A stretch of 64,000 nt of DNA from Anaerolineae bacterium. GTDB taxonomy: Bacteria > Chloroflexota > Anaerolineae > UBA1429. The stretch covers positions 2,048,001-2,112,000 of the forward strand of contig OY776562.1 of assembly GCA_963675785.1 (NCBI GenBank), read 5' to 3'. The translations under genes and the position numbers were made by a program. Below, in pieces: positions 20,099-29,843 of this stretch. The notes beneath the pieces are model-generated. The model was not told where the DNA came from. It searched no databases and saw only the letters and a list, made by a program, of their open reading frames with translations. How positions within the stretch are numbered: position 1 is the first letter of the stretch; every line of letters starts with the position of its first letter.

Positions 20099-21439
20099 AT
20101 GGCTGAAAATGATCTAAGCAAGCGAGAGCTTGAGATTCTCGAAAGGGTCGCCACAGGGGTGACCAACCAGCAAATCGCCTTGGACCTTGACATCAGTGTC
20201 AACACGGTCAAGGCGCATCTGCGTAATATCTATGCCAAGCTGGAGGTCGAATCACGGACTGAGGCTGTGATGGTGGCCATTCAGCAGGGCCTCATCACCG
20301 TCGAAGGGGAATCGACTGACGGCCAGAATGCGTTTGCCGACGACCCGGAATCATCTTCCGAGCAAGCAGCGGATACGCCCCGGGCAATCTCCCGGCTGAA
20401 ATGGTGGTATGTGCTGCTCTGTGTAGCCATTGTGGCCGCCCTGGTGGTTGCCGCCCTACTATTGACTGACGATTCGCGCCACATCACAGGTGATCCCTTT
20501 GGCGACGAGCCGGGTGTAGCCTCGGGCGAACAGCCTGGTCAGGAGCATCTACGTTGGGAGCTGCGTTCGACCATGGAAGAAGGGCGCGCCCGCTTTGCAA
20601 CGGTTGCCCTGGGAGATCTTGTGCTCGTTATCGGCGGCACAACGGAACAAGGCGTAACGAATAGCGTGCTGGGCTATGCCTATGAAAGCAAAACCTGGCA
20701 AGAACTCGCCAGCAAGCCCACCGCAGTAACAAACATCAGCGCCATTACCCTGGATGACCGCGTGTATGTGCCTGGCGGATATGACACAGACGGCCGTGTT
20801 CTTGATATACTAGAGATATATGATGCCGCCAATGATGCCTGGCTGACGGGGGCTAGCCTCCCATCGCCCTTGTGTGCTTATGCAATCACTATTCAAAATG
20901 GGTTGATCTATGTCCTCGGTGGCTGGGATGGTGTCAATTACCTGGACGATGTATTCTGCTACGATCCTGAACAGGACACATGGACGGTGGTTGCGCAGTG
21001 CCCCTCGTCCATTGGCTTTGGTGCAGCAGTCAGTGACGACAGCCGCATCTACTTGATTGGCGGCTTTGACGGCCAGCAAGAACTGGCCAATTGCTGGATG
21101 TTTGATCCAGCAGCCAGCGCCGAAACGGCCTGGGAAGAAAAAAGCCCCATGGAGATGGCTCGCCGCGGACACGCTGCTGTGGTCTCCGACGGCAAGATCT
21201 ATGTTCTCGGTGGAGGCTGGAGCGAATACTTGCTCTATAACGAGCGGTACGATATCGCTACGAATACCTGGGCACGTTTCGAAAGTCCAATCATCGGCAC
21301 CTGGTACAATCTGGCCGCAACCCTAGTAGATGAGCCCGAAGGCGGCTATGTTTACGCCCTGGGGGGATGGGACGGCACTTATCTAAGCACCATAGAAGCA
21401 TATCAGGCATCCTTCCGCATTTACTTGCCCGGTTCATAG
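20099..21439 (+). CDS. LuxR HTH-transmembrane-Kelch repeat protein
   Basis: LSKRELEIL...TNQQIALDLDISVNTVKAHLRNIYAKL; one TM; about six Kelch repeats (IYVLGG, W). Confidence 0.9.
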   Translation: MAENDLSKRELEILERVATGVTNQQIALDLDISVNTVKAHLRNIYAKLEVESRTEAVMVAIQQGLITVEGESTDGQNAFADDPESSSEQAADTPRAISRLKWWYVLLCVAIVAALVVAALLLTDDSRHITGDPFGDEPGVASGEQPGQEHLRWELRSTMEEGRARFATVALGDLVLVIGGTTEQGVTNSVLGYAYESKTWQELASKPTAVTNISAITLDDRVYVPGGYDTDGRVLDILEIYDAANDAWLTGASLPSPLCAYAITIQNGLIYVLGGWDGVNYLDDVFCYDPEQDTWTVVAQCPSSIGFGAAVSDDSRIYLIGGFDGQQELANCWMFDPAASAETAWEEKSPMEMARRGHAAVVSDGKIYVLGGGWSEYLLYNERYDIATNTWARFESPIIGTWYNLAATLVDEPEGGYVYALGGWDGTYLSTIEAYQASFRIYLPGS

Positions 21440-21450
21440 GAGGTAGACAG

Positions 21451-21903
21451 ATGTCAGAAGTCAATATTCAGGCCTCGTGGGTTTCAGGATTACAGTTCGT
21501 CGCCACCGGTGAAGGTTCTAATGCTTCCTTCGTGCTGGATGGCGCTCCAGAGCACGGTGGTAAGGACGCCGGCATACGCCCCATGGAAGCGCTGCTATGC
21601 AGCCTCGCCGGGTGCACGGGCATGGACGTGATCTCCATCCTCAAGAAAAAGCGCCAAAAGATCACCGATTTTCAGATCAACATCACCGGCGATCGCGCCG
21701 AAGAGCACCCTATGCGCTACACCAGTATCCATATCGATTTTGTAGCTCGGGGCAACAATGTCTCGCTCGAAGCCCTGCAACGCGCCGCCGAACTCTCACA
21801 AACCAAATATTGCGGCACTGCGGCGAGTATTGGCGCGCCCATCGACTTTACTTGCCGAGTCGAGCAGGACGAGAACATTTCTGAGGCTGATGCAAAGGCA
21901 TGA
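21451..21903 (+). CDS. OsmC family protein (YhfA-like)
   Basis: RPMEALL..LAGCTGMDV, TKYC. Confidence 0.9.
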   Translation: MSEVNIQASWVSGLQFVATGEGSNASFVLDGAPEHGGKDAGIRPMEALLCSLAGCTGMDVISILKKKRQKITDFQINITGDRAEEHPMRYTSIHIDFVARGNNVSLEALQRAAELSQTKYCGTAASIGAPIDFTCRVEQDENISEADAKA

Positions 21904-22184
21904 TCATCGGGGCTCTGACGGTCGAACTGCAAGTGCCAGCCAGTCAGTCTCTCAAGGATAAGCGCAGCGTGCGCGAATCATTGATCAGCAAACTGCGTAG
22001 AGAGTTCAATATTGCCATCGCCGAGATTGACAATCAGGATAGTTGGCAATTGCTGACACTGGCCGTGGTCGGCGTCTCCAACGACAAAGCCTATCTGCAA
22101 GGCCTGCTAGATCGCGTACTAGACGCAATAGAAGAGAGCCGCCGCGACGTGATGCTGCTCGATTACGAGATGGAAATCATCTAG
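21900..22184 (+). CDS. DUF503 (YlxP-like) protein
   Basis: SQSLKDKRSV, FNIAIAEIDNQD. Confidence 0.9.
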   Translation: MIIGALTVELQVPASQSLKDKRSVRESLISKLRREFNIAIAEIDNQDSWQLLTLAVVGVSNDKAYLQGLLDRVLDAIEESRRDVMLLDYEMEII

Positions 22185-22202
22185 CGAGCGAGGAGAGCGA
22201 AT

Positions 22203-22490
22203 TTGAAGGCTTTGGAAATTGCCCGAGATTGGTCCATTATTCTATTGGCACTAGAGGGCATTGTATTTGCCACTATCGCCCTGCTGGCGGCATTTTATGC
22301 ACAAAAGGGCCTGGGGCAGGCTTTGCCCAAGATCGAGCAATTCCTCAAGACCGCGCGGGTTCAGGTCGCTTCCATCCGAGAGTCAGTACGCCTGATCCTA
22401 CGAAAAATCGCCAGCCCGTTTGCAGCTATACGCTCTGTAAAATGCGCTATTAAGACTTTTTTGCGCGTCCTCATCGGTCGCTATAACTAG
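22203..22490 (+). CDS. Small membrane protein
   Basis: GAGGAG RBS, TTG start, one TM helix, operon context. Confidence 0.7.
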   Translation: MKALEIARDWSIILLALEGIVFATIALLAAFYAQKGLGQALPKIEQFLKTARVQVASIRESVRLILRKIASPFAAIRSVKCAIKTFLRVLIGRYN

Positions 22491-22501
22491 GAGAATAGAA
22501 C

Positions 22502-22705
22502 ATGCGGAATCGAACGAACCTTATCGTAGGAGGCGCTGCTCTCGGCGCAGCGTTGGGCGGCGTTGCCGGTTGGTTCTTGTTCAAGCAGCGCTTTGAGGCC
22601 GTCGAAGAAGGCATTGGAGAAAAGGCCCCTATCGACCGCGGTCAGATCGTACGTTTGGGGTGGAACATCATTGCTCTGCTCAGACAGATCACAGAATTAG
22701 CCTGA
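22502..22705 (+). CDS. Small membrane-anchored protein
   Basis: AGGAG RBS, Gly-zipper N-terminus GGAALGAALGG. Confidence 0.7.
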   Translation: MRNRTNLIVGGAALGAALGGVAGWFLFKQRFEAVEEGIGEKAPIDRGQIVRLGWNIIALLRQITELA

Positions 22706-22833
22706 ATTAAACATACCTGTAACATGAGTCATTCTTTGTGCATTCGTGCACAAACTTTTGGCAGATTTCCAAAGAAAGGCCTAGAATAAGCTTGTAGGGG
22801 CTTTACGTACACGGCCCTGACTGGGAGGTATTG

Positions 22834-23709
22834 GTGTATCGCATTCTGGAAAAGCAGGCTTTGACGCCTGTTAGCAAATTGTATGTTGTAGAGGCGCCCC
22901 AGATCGCGCGCAAAGCACGAGCGGGGCAGTTTGTTGTGCTGCGCATCCATGACAAAGGAGAGCGCGTGCCCTTGACCATTGCCGATTCGGACGCCGAACG
23001 CGGCACCATCACGCTCGTCGTCCAAGAAGTTGGCAAGTCGACGAAGCAAATGGGCGATATGGCCGTAGGCGATTCCTTGACCAGCCTGGCCGGCCCACTG
23101 GGCCACCCTACCGAGATAGAACGCTATGGCACCGTGGTCATCATCGGTGGCGGTTTGGGCGTCGCGCCCATTCATCCTATCTGCAAAGCGCTCAAAGAAG
23201 CAGGCAATACCGTCATCAGCATCATTGGCGCCCGCAACAAGGAGCTCTTGTTTTGGGAAGACCAAATCAAGGCCGTCTCTGACGAGGTCATTGTGGTGAC
23301 CGACGATGGTAGCTATGGCCGCAAGGGTTTGGTGACAGAGCCGCTCAAAGAAATGTTAGAGGCCGGGCGCCAGATCGATGCCGTATGGGCCATTGGCCCC
23401 GCCATCATGATGAAGTTCGTCTCGCTCACCACCAAGCCGTACGGCGTCAAGACTTTTGTCAGCTTGAACTCGATCATGGTCGACGGCACGGGTATGTGCG
23501 GCGGATGCCGCGTCAGCGTGGCTGGCAAAAACATGTTTGCCTGCGTCCACGGACCCGAGTTCGATGGTCACGATGTCGATTGGGACCTACTCCTGAGTCG
23601 TCAGCGACAATACACGGACATGGAAAAGGTTGCCAACGAAGCCTACGAAGAGGAACACGAGTGTAATCTCGAAAAAGCACTCCGCCAAGCTGAACAGAGG
23701 AGCCGATAG
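22834..23709 (+). CDS. nfnA: Electron-bifurcating transhydrogenase small subunit NfnA
   Basis: GERVPLTIAD, GPLG, GGGLGVAP, MVDGTGMCGGCRV, CVHGPEFDG. Confidence 0.9.
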   Translation: MYRILEKQALTPVSKLYVVEAPQIARKARAGQFVVLRIHDKGERVPLTIADSDAERGTITLVVQEVGKSTKQMGDMAVGDSLTSLAGPLGHPTEIERYGTVVIIGGGLGVAPIHPICKALKEAGNTVISIIGARNKELLFWEDQIKAVSDEVIVVTDDGSYGRKGLVTEPLKEMLEAGRQIDAVWAIGPAIMMKFVSLTTKPYGVKTFVSLNSIMVDGTGMCGGCRVSVAGKNMFACVHGPEFDGHDVDWDLLLSRQRQYTDMEKVANEAYEEEHECNLEKALRQAEQRSR

Positions 23710-23714
23710 CCGGT

Positions 23715-25136
23715 ATGGCCAAGAACACAACGCCGCGCCAGGCAATGCCGACGCGCGATCCGATAGAACGCGGTTCAACGTTTGAAGAAGTAGCCCTGGG
23801 CTATACCATGGAAATGGCCATTGCCGAGGCCAATCGTTGTATTCAATGCAAGAAACCGATGTGCGTCACCGGCTGCCCGGTGAGCGTGCGCATTCCCGAA
23901 TTCATCAAGGCTCTGCGTGAGGGCGATATGCCCACAGCCGTAGAGATTCTAAAAGACAAGAACAGCCTGCCCGCCATTTGCGGGCGCGTGTGCCCCCAAG
24001 AGAGCCAGTGCGAGGCCCAGTGCATTCTGGGGCGCAAGGGCGAACCGGTGGCCATTGGCCGCCTGGAGCGTTTTGTGGCCGATTGGGAGCGCGAGCAGGG
24101 TATCAACGTACCGCCGCGAGCCCAGGCCACTGGCAAGCGTATCGCCATTGTGGGCTCTGGCCCCGCTGGTCTCACCTGTGCCGGCGATCTGGCTAAAAAA
24201 GGCCATCTAGTGCATATTTTTGAGGCGCTACACGTGGCTGGCGGCGTGCTCATGTACGGTATCCCCGAGTTCCGTCTGCCCAAAGACGTGGTGCAAGCCG
24301 AAGTGCAGTATCTGGAAAAGCTCGGCGTCGAGATTGAGACGGACGCCGTGATTGGCCGCCTGTACACGCTGGATGAACTGCTGGATACTTATGACGCCCT
24401 TTTTGTGGGCTCTGGCGCGGGCCTGCCCATGTTCCTAGACATCCCCGGCGAGAACCTCAACGGCGTTTATTCGGCCAACGAGCTGCTTACTCGCACCAAT
24501 CTGATGAAGGGCTACCTGTTCCCCGAATACGACACGCCCGTCAAGGTGGGTGAAAAGGTTGCCGTGGTGGGCGCAGGCAACGTGGCCATGGACTCGGCCC
24601 GCTCATCCCTGCGGCTGGGCGCCAAAGAAGTGCATATCGTCTACCGCCGTTCACGTGAAGAAGTGCCCGCCCGCGCCGAAGAAGTGCATCACGCCGAGGA
24701 AGAGGGCATCATCTTTGATTTTCTCACCAACCCCATCGCGATTCTGGGTGAGAACAACAATGTTACCGGCATTCGCTGCATCCGCATGGAACTGGGTGAA
24801 CCCGACGCCAGTGGCCGGCGCCGTCCTGTGCCCATTGAAGATTCTGAGTTCGATATGCCCATGGATACGGTCATCATGGCTTTGGGCACGCGGCCCAATC
24901 CCCTGGTCTTTGAGGATTCGGCCAACATCGAACGCACCCGTTGGGGTACGCTGGCCGCCAGCGAAGAGACCGGACGCACCTCGCGCGAACGCATCTGGTG
25001 CGGCGGTGATATTCTGACCGGCGCAGCCACTGTCATCAGTGCCATGGGCGCTGGGCGTGTAGCTGCCACCGATATCGACCAATACCTCAATGGCAAAGAT
25101 ACAGTATGGTCGGCGAAAGAACCTGCGGGAGAATAG
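23715..25136 (+). CDS. nfnB: Electron-bifurcating transhydrogenase large subunit NfnB (GltD-like)
   Basis: RCIQCKKPMCVTGCP, CGRVCPQESQCE, GSGPAG, YGIPEFRLPK; adjacent to nfnA, no gltB. Confidence 0.88.
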   Translation: MAKNTTPRQAMPTRDPIERGSTFEEVALGYTMEMAIAEANRCIQCKKPMCVTGCPVSVRIPEFIKALREGDMPTAVEILKDKNSLPAICGRVCPQESQCEAQCILGRKGEPVAIGRLERFVADWEREQGINVPPRAQATGKRIAIVGSGPAGLTCAGDLAKKGHLVHIFEALHVAGGVLMYGIPEFRLPKDVVQAEVQYLEKLGVEIETDAVIGRLYTLDELLDTYDALFVGSGAGLPMFLDIPGENLNGVYSANELLTRTNLMKGYLFPEYDTPVKVGEKVAVVGAGNVAMDSARSSLRLGAKEVHIVYRRSREEVPARAEEVHHAEEEGIIFDFLTNPIAILGENNNVTGIRCIRMELGEPDASGRRRPVPIEDSEFDMPMDTVIMALGTRPNPLVFEDSANIERTRWGTLAASEETGRTSRERIWCGGDILTGAATVISAMGAGRVAATDIDQYLNGKDTVWSAKEPAGE

Positions 25137-25257
25137 TCAGCATATCAGTGCAAGAACGAGGGCCGAGCGATGCTCGGCCCTTTTGCATTCCACCCAATTT
25201 GCAGCAGTCAAAAGCTCCGCTATGATGAGGCCAGATAAACATAGCGAAGGAGTCCCC

Positions 25258-26295
25258 ATGGCAACGCTTCTTGATGAAATCATGGAACAGCCGGACGTTC
25301 TGCAAGGCCTGTTGGATCACGAATGGCCGCGCATCAAGCAAGTTGCAGAACGCATCAAAGCTGCCAATCCTAAATACATGGTGATTGCCGCACGAGGCAC
25401 ATCGGATAATGCCGCGACCTATGCCAAGTATCTGTTCGGCGCGGTGAATGGCCTGCCAGTATCGTTGGCTACCCCTTCGCTGTTCACGCTGTACAATCAG
25501 CCACCGCGCATGGATGGCGCCGTGGTATTGGCCGTATCACAGGCCGGCATGTCGCCCGATATCGTTTCGGTGATCCAAGAAGGCAACAAGCAGGGTTTGC
25601 TGACCATTGCTATCACCAACAACACCGATTCCGACCTGGCCTTGGCCGCCAATGAGGTGCTCGATATTCGCGCTAACCAAGAGACCTCTATAGCAGCCAC
25701 CAAATCCTATACGGCTTCTCTCATGGTTTTGGCGTTACTCTCGGTAGCTCTCTCAGGCAGCCAGAAGGATTTCGAGACGTTGGCCACTGTACCCAACCTT
25801 GTGGCCGAGGTGCTCTCCAGCTGCGGCACTCTGGAGCAGCGCACCGAGCGCTACCGCTATATGGAACAGTGCGTCGTGGTGGGTCGCGGCTATAACTATG
25901 CCACCACCCTGGAGATGGCCCTCAAGCTCAAGGAGCTGAACTATATCGGCACTACGCCCTACTCTTCTGCCGATTTCCGCCACGGCCCCATTGCCGTTGT
26001 GGAAGAGGGCTTTCCTTCGATTCTGATTGCGCCTCATGGCAAGGTATTCGCTGATATGGCCAACCTGGCAGATGAGCTTATCGCGCGACGCGGTGAGTTG
26101 CTGGTTCTCAGCAACGACGCCGCCCTGCTAAAACGCGCTGATCTAGCTATCGAACTGCCTGCGGCTATGCCCGAATGGATATCCCCCATTGTAAGTATTG
26201 TGCCCGGCCAGCTCTTTGCTCGACACCTGGCCAAAGCACGCAAGCTAGATACCGCCCAACCGCGAGGGCTAAAAAAAGTAACCAAAACCACCTGA
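25258..26295 (+). CDS. Double SIS-domain sugar-phosphate isomerase/deaminase (GlmS C-terminal-like)
   Basis: ARGTSDNAA, SQAGMSPD, AATKSY, EMALKLKE, HGP, PRGLKKVT. Confidence 0.9.
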   Translation: MATLLDEIMEQPDVLQGLLDHEWPRIKQVAERIKAANPKYMVIAARGTSDNAATYAKYLFGAVNGLPVSLATPSLFTLYNQPPRMDGAVVLAVSQAGMSPDIVSVIQEGNKQGLLTIAITNNTDSDLALAANEVLDIRANQETSIAATKSYTASLMVLALLSVALSGSQKDFETLATVPNLVAEVLSSCGTLEQRTERYRYMEQCVVVGRGYNYATTLEMALKLKELNYIGTTPYSSADFRHGPIAVVEEGFPSILIAPHGKVFADMANLADELIARRGELLVLSNDAALLKRADLAIELPAAMPEWISPIVSIVPGQLFARHLAKARKLDTAQPRGLKKVTKTT

Positions 26296-26383
26296 TTCTC
26301 GACGAACCCAAGCCTTGAACATGATGACAATACCCTTTACAATAGAGACGTTATTACGCCCACACTGAACAGGGGAGAAGATC

Positions 26384-26713
26384 ATGGTAGAAAAGAAATT
26401 CAGGGTACTACGGTTCGTCGGTTCACTTGCCAAGATCGTGGCTTGGATCGCGCTGGTTGGCGGAGCCATCGGCGGTGTCGTCGTGCTCATCGCAGCAATC
26501 GCCGGGGGATCTAGCTACAGCAATTATTATGGTAGCAGCAACGCCTTAGGCGGCGCACTAGCTGGTGGTGTCGCTGGCGCACTCTCCGGGTTGGGCATAT
26601 TCCTCGGCTCACTTGTCACCTTTGTAGCGCTCTATGGCGCTGGTGAGATGATCTTTTTGCAGCTGGCCATTGAGGAAAACACCCGTGCCGTTGCCACCGC
26701 GATGAAGGATTAG
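26384..26713 (+). CDS. Small two-TM membrane protein
   Basis: GGGGAG RBS; two hydrophobic helices; EMIFLQLAIEENTR tail. Confidence 0.75.
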   Translation: MVEKKFRVLRFVGSLAKIVAWIALVGGAIGGVVVLIAAIAGGSSYSNYYGSSNALGGALAGGVAGALSGLGIFLGSLVTFVALYGAGEMIFLQLAIEENTRAVATAMKD

Positions 26714-26750
26714 CTCACCCCGAATCATTGCCAAACACCATGAGTAGAGC

Positions 26751-26787
26751 AAGAGCCCCGGAGGGCAAGCATCTTCCGGGGCTCTTT
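26751..26787. terminator. Terminator between convergent genes
   Basis: AAGAGCCCCGGA...TCCGGGGCTCTTT. Confidence 0.7.
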
Positions 26788-26806
26788 CATGTGCGTCAAT
26801 CTCATC

Positions 26807-27670
26807 TTAACAAAACCACACAGCCTCATCCCAAGCAGCGCAAAAAGCAGCAATGGATGGATAACGTTCTACCCTGTTAGCGCTGGTTGCTTGGCTTGCC
26901 ACCTCGAATAACGCTCTAGGGGCGTGCCATTCGGCCAATGTGCGCTCACGATTGTTCCCCAAAAACTCGAAAGCTAAGGCTCCCATGGTGAAAACGTTGG
27001 TCACCTCATCGATCTGTGCGCCAAGCACATACTCCTCGGGTGACATGAACCGGGATGATCCCCACAGTCTGCCCATCTCATTCGCATAAGGAGCTTTTTT
27101 GTATAGATCAATGTCGCAGATTGTCGTATGGCCCGTCGCAAAGTCGTACATGACACTGCCATCGTAGAAATCGATGGCGACATAGCCAGCTTTGGTAACG
27201 CGTTGGTGCAAAGAATAAATGGAAGCCAGACATTCTAATTTGGCTTCCAAAGGAAGAGCGGCAAAGCGGACATTGGGGGATTGGGGATGTGTGTATTTGG
27301 GATAGTGTTGAAAATTCCAGTGGGCATGGAGGCAATCTCCATCAACCCACTCAAAAATAGCTGCATACCCACCCGGTAGAGCGAAATGGTCGAGCAGTTT
27401 GATCAGGTTTGGATGCTGAATCGCCTCATAGATAGAGATCGCTTGCTGTAGCCTATAAATGGCATCGCCTGGGCCGCAGTCATAATACAACGTGGGCGCG
27501 CCAGCGTATTTGATGAAACGCCGTGTTGTCCCGTCATCGACGCCAAAGCAGATATTGCCCGAATCCTGCTGATCGAACACAGCAAAAACCCGGCCGTATT
27601 CATGCAGCCAGGACAAGTCATGTTCTGCTCGCAAGCCAAACTGAACGCCGTCCAGCACCTGAACAACCAC
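26807..27670 (-). CDS. Protein kinase-like (divergent Ser/Thr kinase fold) protein
   Basis: FIKYAG, HPNLIKL, IDFYDGS, CDID, MSPEE, TNVFTMG. Confidence 0.8.
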   Translation of the reverse strand: MVVQVLDGVQFGLRAEHDLSWLHEYGRVFAVFDQQDSGNICFGVDDGTTRRFIKYAGAPTLYYDCGPGDAIYRLQQAISIYEAIQHPNLIKLLDHFALPGGYAAIFEWVDGDCLHAHWNFQHYPKYTHPQSPNVRFAALPLEAKLECLASIYSLHQRVTKAGYVAIDFYDGSVMYDFATGHTTICDIDLYKKAPYANEMGRLWGSSRFMSPEEYVLGAQIDEVTNVFTMGALAFEFLGNNRERTLAEWHAPRALFEVASQATSANRVERYPSIAAFCAAWDEAVWFC

Positions 27671-27779
27671 TCACGCATCCTTACGCTCTGACGTACAGCC
27701 GATCTCACCTCAGAGCAAAAGAAAAGGGCAAGTGGCCAACCACCTGCCCAACGCTCACCAATCGCAATACATCCGGTAT

Positions 27780-28379
27780 TTAGGCGTGGCCACCGCAGCG
27801 CGGTTTGCAGATTACCTCAAGCACGCGCAAATCAAACAAATCCTGCGCGTTGGCCGGTAATAGAAGGAGCGCCGTATCAGCGCCATGCCCTGTGCCGCCA
27901 ATAGCGATGATCGGCTCCCCAGTAGGAATCAGGCCAGCATCCGCTGCCATCAGGCTGATCTCACAACTCACCTTGGTGCCCTCGCAAAACGTGCGCAGGG
28001 TAAAGGCAACGATCTCATCCACTTCATAGGTGCCAAGTTTACGGCGCACAGCCCTGCCAATACCGCCAAAGGCGTGGGTAGTCGTTAACAAGTGCGCCGA
28101 CGAAGCCTGTATTTTCGCTATGGTCTCAGCGTCCATCTCTTGGTCGTTCGGAGCGTGAAACCCACTGGAATGGCTCACCACCACCAAATCATAGTCTGCA
28201 AATACCTCGAGTGCTTTGAGCGCCGTCGCCCCTGAGGTAGATGCCACCACAATGTGGCGAATGCCAAGCTCCTCAGCCCGTTCCCTAGCAAATTGGAACG
28301 TCAACTCGGTGTTTTCTACACCTGGCGTATCAAAGTAGGTACAAATAGCCTGTCGATAACCGTGATGCTCAGCATTCAT
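27780..28379 (-). CDS. Stand-alone pyruvate kinase C-terminal (PK_C) domain protein
   Basis: YFDTPGVENT, VVASTSGATA, GTKVSCEI..MAADAG, GGTGHGADTA, EVICKP. Confidence 0.85.
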   Translation of the reverse strand: MNAEHHGYRQAICTYFDTPGVENTELTFQFARERAEELGIRHIVVASTSGATALKALEVFADYDLVVVSHSSGFHAPNDQEMDAETIAKIQASSAHLLTTTHAFGGIGRAVRRKLGTYEVDEIVAFTLRTFCEGTKVSCEISLMAADAGLIPTGEPIIAIGGTGHGADTALLLLPANAQDLFDLRVLEVICKPRCGGHA

Positions 28380-29202
28380 CTTTATCCGCCTTGTCTGTGC
28401 CCTCTTTAGCCCGGTATTGTTCAAGCTCCGTCTCCAGCCAGCCTTGGTGTGTGCGTAGCGTCTCGATCTTTTCTCCCGCAGCGTGGATATGGCGCTTGAC
28501 GCCGCGGCTGTCATCTTCGAGTTGGCGCAACAACTGCTTGACATAGGTTCGCCGGGAGACCAGGCTCTCGGGGCAACGGTCTCCGCCAATTGGGAAACCG
28601 CTGGCGCGAACAAACGGAGGAATGTTCTTTTCCTCAAGAAAAATCAAGGGGCGGATGATAGTAAGCTGACCATCAAAAAAACTCCCCCGCCCCTCCATGC
28701 CCTCAAAGCGCCCTGCGTAGAACAGATTCAGCAGTACAGTCTCTACATAGTCGTCGGCGTGGTGGCCAAAGGCGAGCTTGTTACAGCCTAGCTCATCTGC
28801 CAGAGCAAATAGCGCCTTACGCCTTTCCCAAGCACAACGAAAACATCGACTGCGGTCCATCTGCTCTAGTTCATCGGCTACTTTGATGGGGCGAGAGACA
28901 TAGGGCACACCCAGCTCGTGGCAATAAGCCTCGATCCAGGGTTCGGGGACAGCCAACCCGCAAGAATAGTCGCTTTGGACATGTGCGGCGATAAGCGTGT
29001 ATTTTTCAGCTGCGGTGCGCCGACGTCGATGAAGCAGGTCGAGCAGGGTGAGGCTATCCTTACCGCCAGATACAGCCACCAAAATCCGGTCGCGATCCTC
29101 GAGAACATGATAGCGTTTGACGGCCCGGGTTATGGTCTTGTTCAAGTAAAAGGCAAGCTTGTCGGCCTGCTCGGGATTGCGTGTATCGGTATAGTCAACC
29201 AT
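28369..29202 (-). CDS. ttcA: tRNA 2-thiocytidine biosynthesis protein TtcA family
   Basis: PP-loop SGGKDS, CFRC, GHHADD, IIRPL, CP. Confidence 0.82.
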   Translation of the reverse strand: MVDYTDTRNPEQADKLAFYLNKTITRAVKRYHVLEDRDRILVAVSGGKDSLTLLDLLHRRRRTAAEKYTLIAAHVQSDYSCGLAVPEPWIEAYCHELGVPYVSRPIKVADELEQMDRSRCFRCAWERRKALFALADELGCNKLAFGHHADDYVETVLLNLFYAGRFEGMEGRGSFFDGQLTIIRPLIFLEEKNIPPFVRASGFPIGGDRCPESLVSRRTYVKQLLRQLEDDSRGVKRHIHAAGEKIETLRTHQGWLETELEQYRAKEGTDKADKDEC

Positions 29203-29204
29203 GC

Positions 29205-29843
29205 TCAGGCCTTACCCTGCTGTTCGGCCTCCAGCTCATTGAAAAAGGACACCATAAAGGCGTGTCGATGTTCAGCCAACTCTCGGCCGGTCTGCGTGTA
29301 GAATTTATCCTTGAGTTTGACCAGCTTGAAATGGAACTCGTGAACCGGTGTATGCACGCCGTTCTCATGATCGCCCAGGCCAGCCTTGCGTGGCCTGTTG
29401 GCATAGTCCTCATCCACAGGGGCCCAGAGTTTTTGCTGATGGACACCCGCCCAGGCATAGGCTCGGGCCACGCCAAAAGCACCAATCGAGTCCAGTTTGT
29501 CGGCATCAAACAATACCATGGCTTCAAGAGAGCTGGGTTGCGTGTTGGCTCGGTAGCGATGCTGTTCAATAACTTTTGCCACGGCATCCACATACTCGGG
29601 ATCGTTGCCCATCAGAATTTCTCGGGCCATGCGCGCCGAAATAACGGCATGGGATTCGCCCGTTTCCAGCTCTTCGGGACGACCAATATCATGCAGCAGA
29701 GCAGCAGAGCGAAGAATATCGAGATCAGCCCCCTCAGCAGCACCAATGCGCTCTACCAGATGGTAGACGCGCAGCACATGGTCAAAGTCGTGTGATGAAT
29801 CCCTCAAGGTATATAGAGGCCGCGCCTGTTCAATCGTAATCAC
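29205..29843 (-). CDS. HD-domain phosphohydrolase
   Basis: HDFDHVLRV, LLHDIG, DADKLDSIGA. Confidence 0.9.
   Translation of the reverse strand: MITIEQARPLYTLRDSSHDFDHVLRVYHLVERIGAAEGADLDILRSAALLHDIGRPEELETGESHAVISARMAREILMGNDPEYVDAVAKVIEQHRYRANTQPSSLEAMVLFDADKLDSIGAFGVARAYAWAGVHQQKLWAPVDEDYANRPRKAGLGDHENGVHTPVHEFHFKLVKLKDKFYTQTGRELAEHRHAFMVSFFNELEAEQQGKA

Noticed and set aside
23715-25136. Glutamate synthase small subunit
   Set aside because: Paired with an NfnA-type gene and no large subunit; NfnAB fits better
25137-25257. glmS ribozyme upstream of the SIS-domain gene
   Set aside because: The space holds a terminator and promoter-like sequence with no ribozyme consensus, and the protein lacks the glutaminase domain
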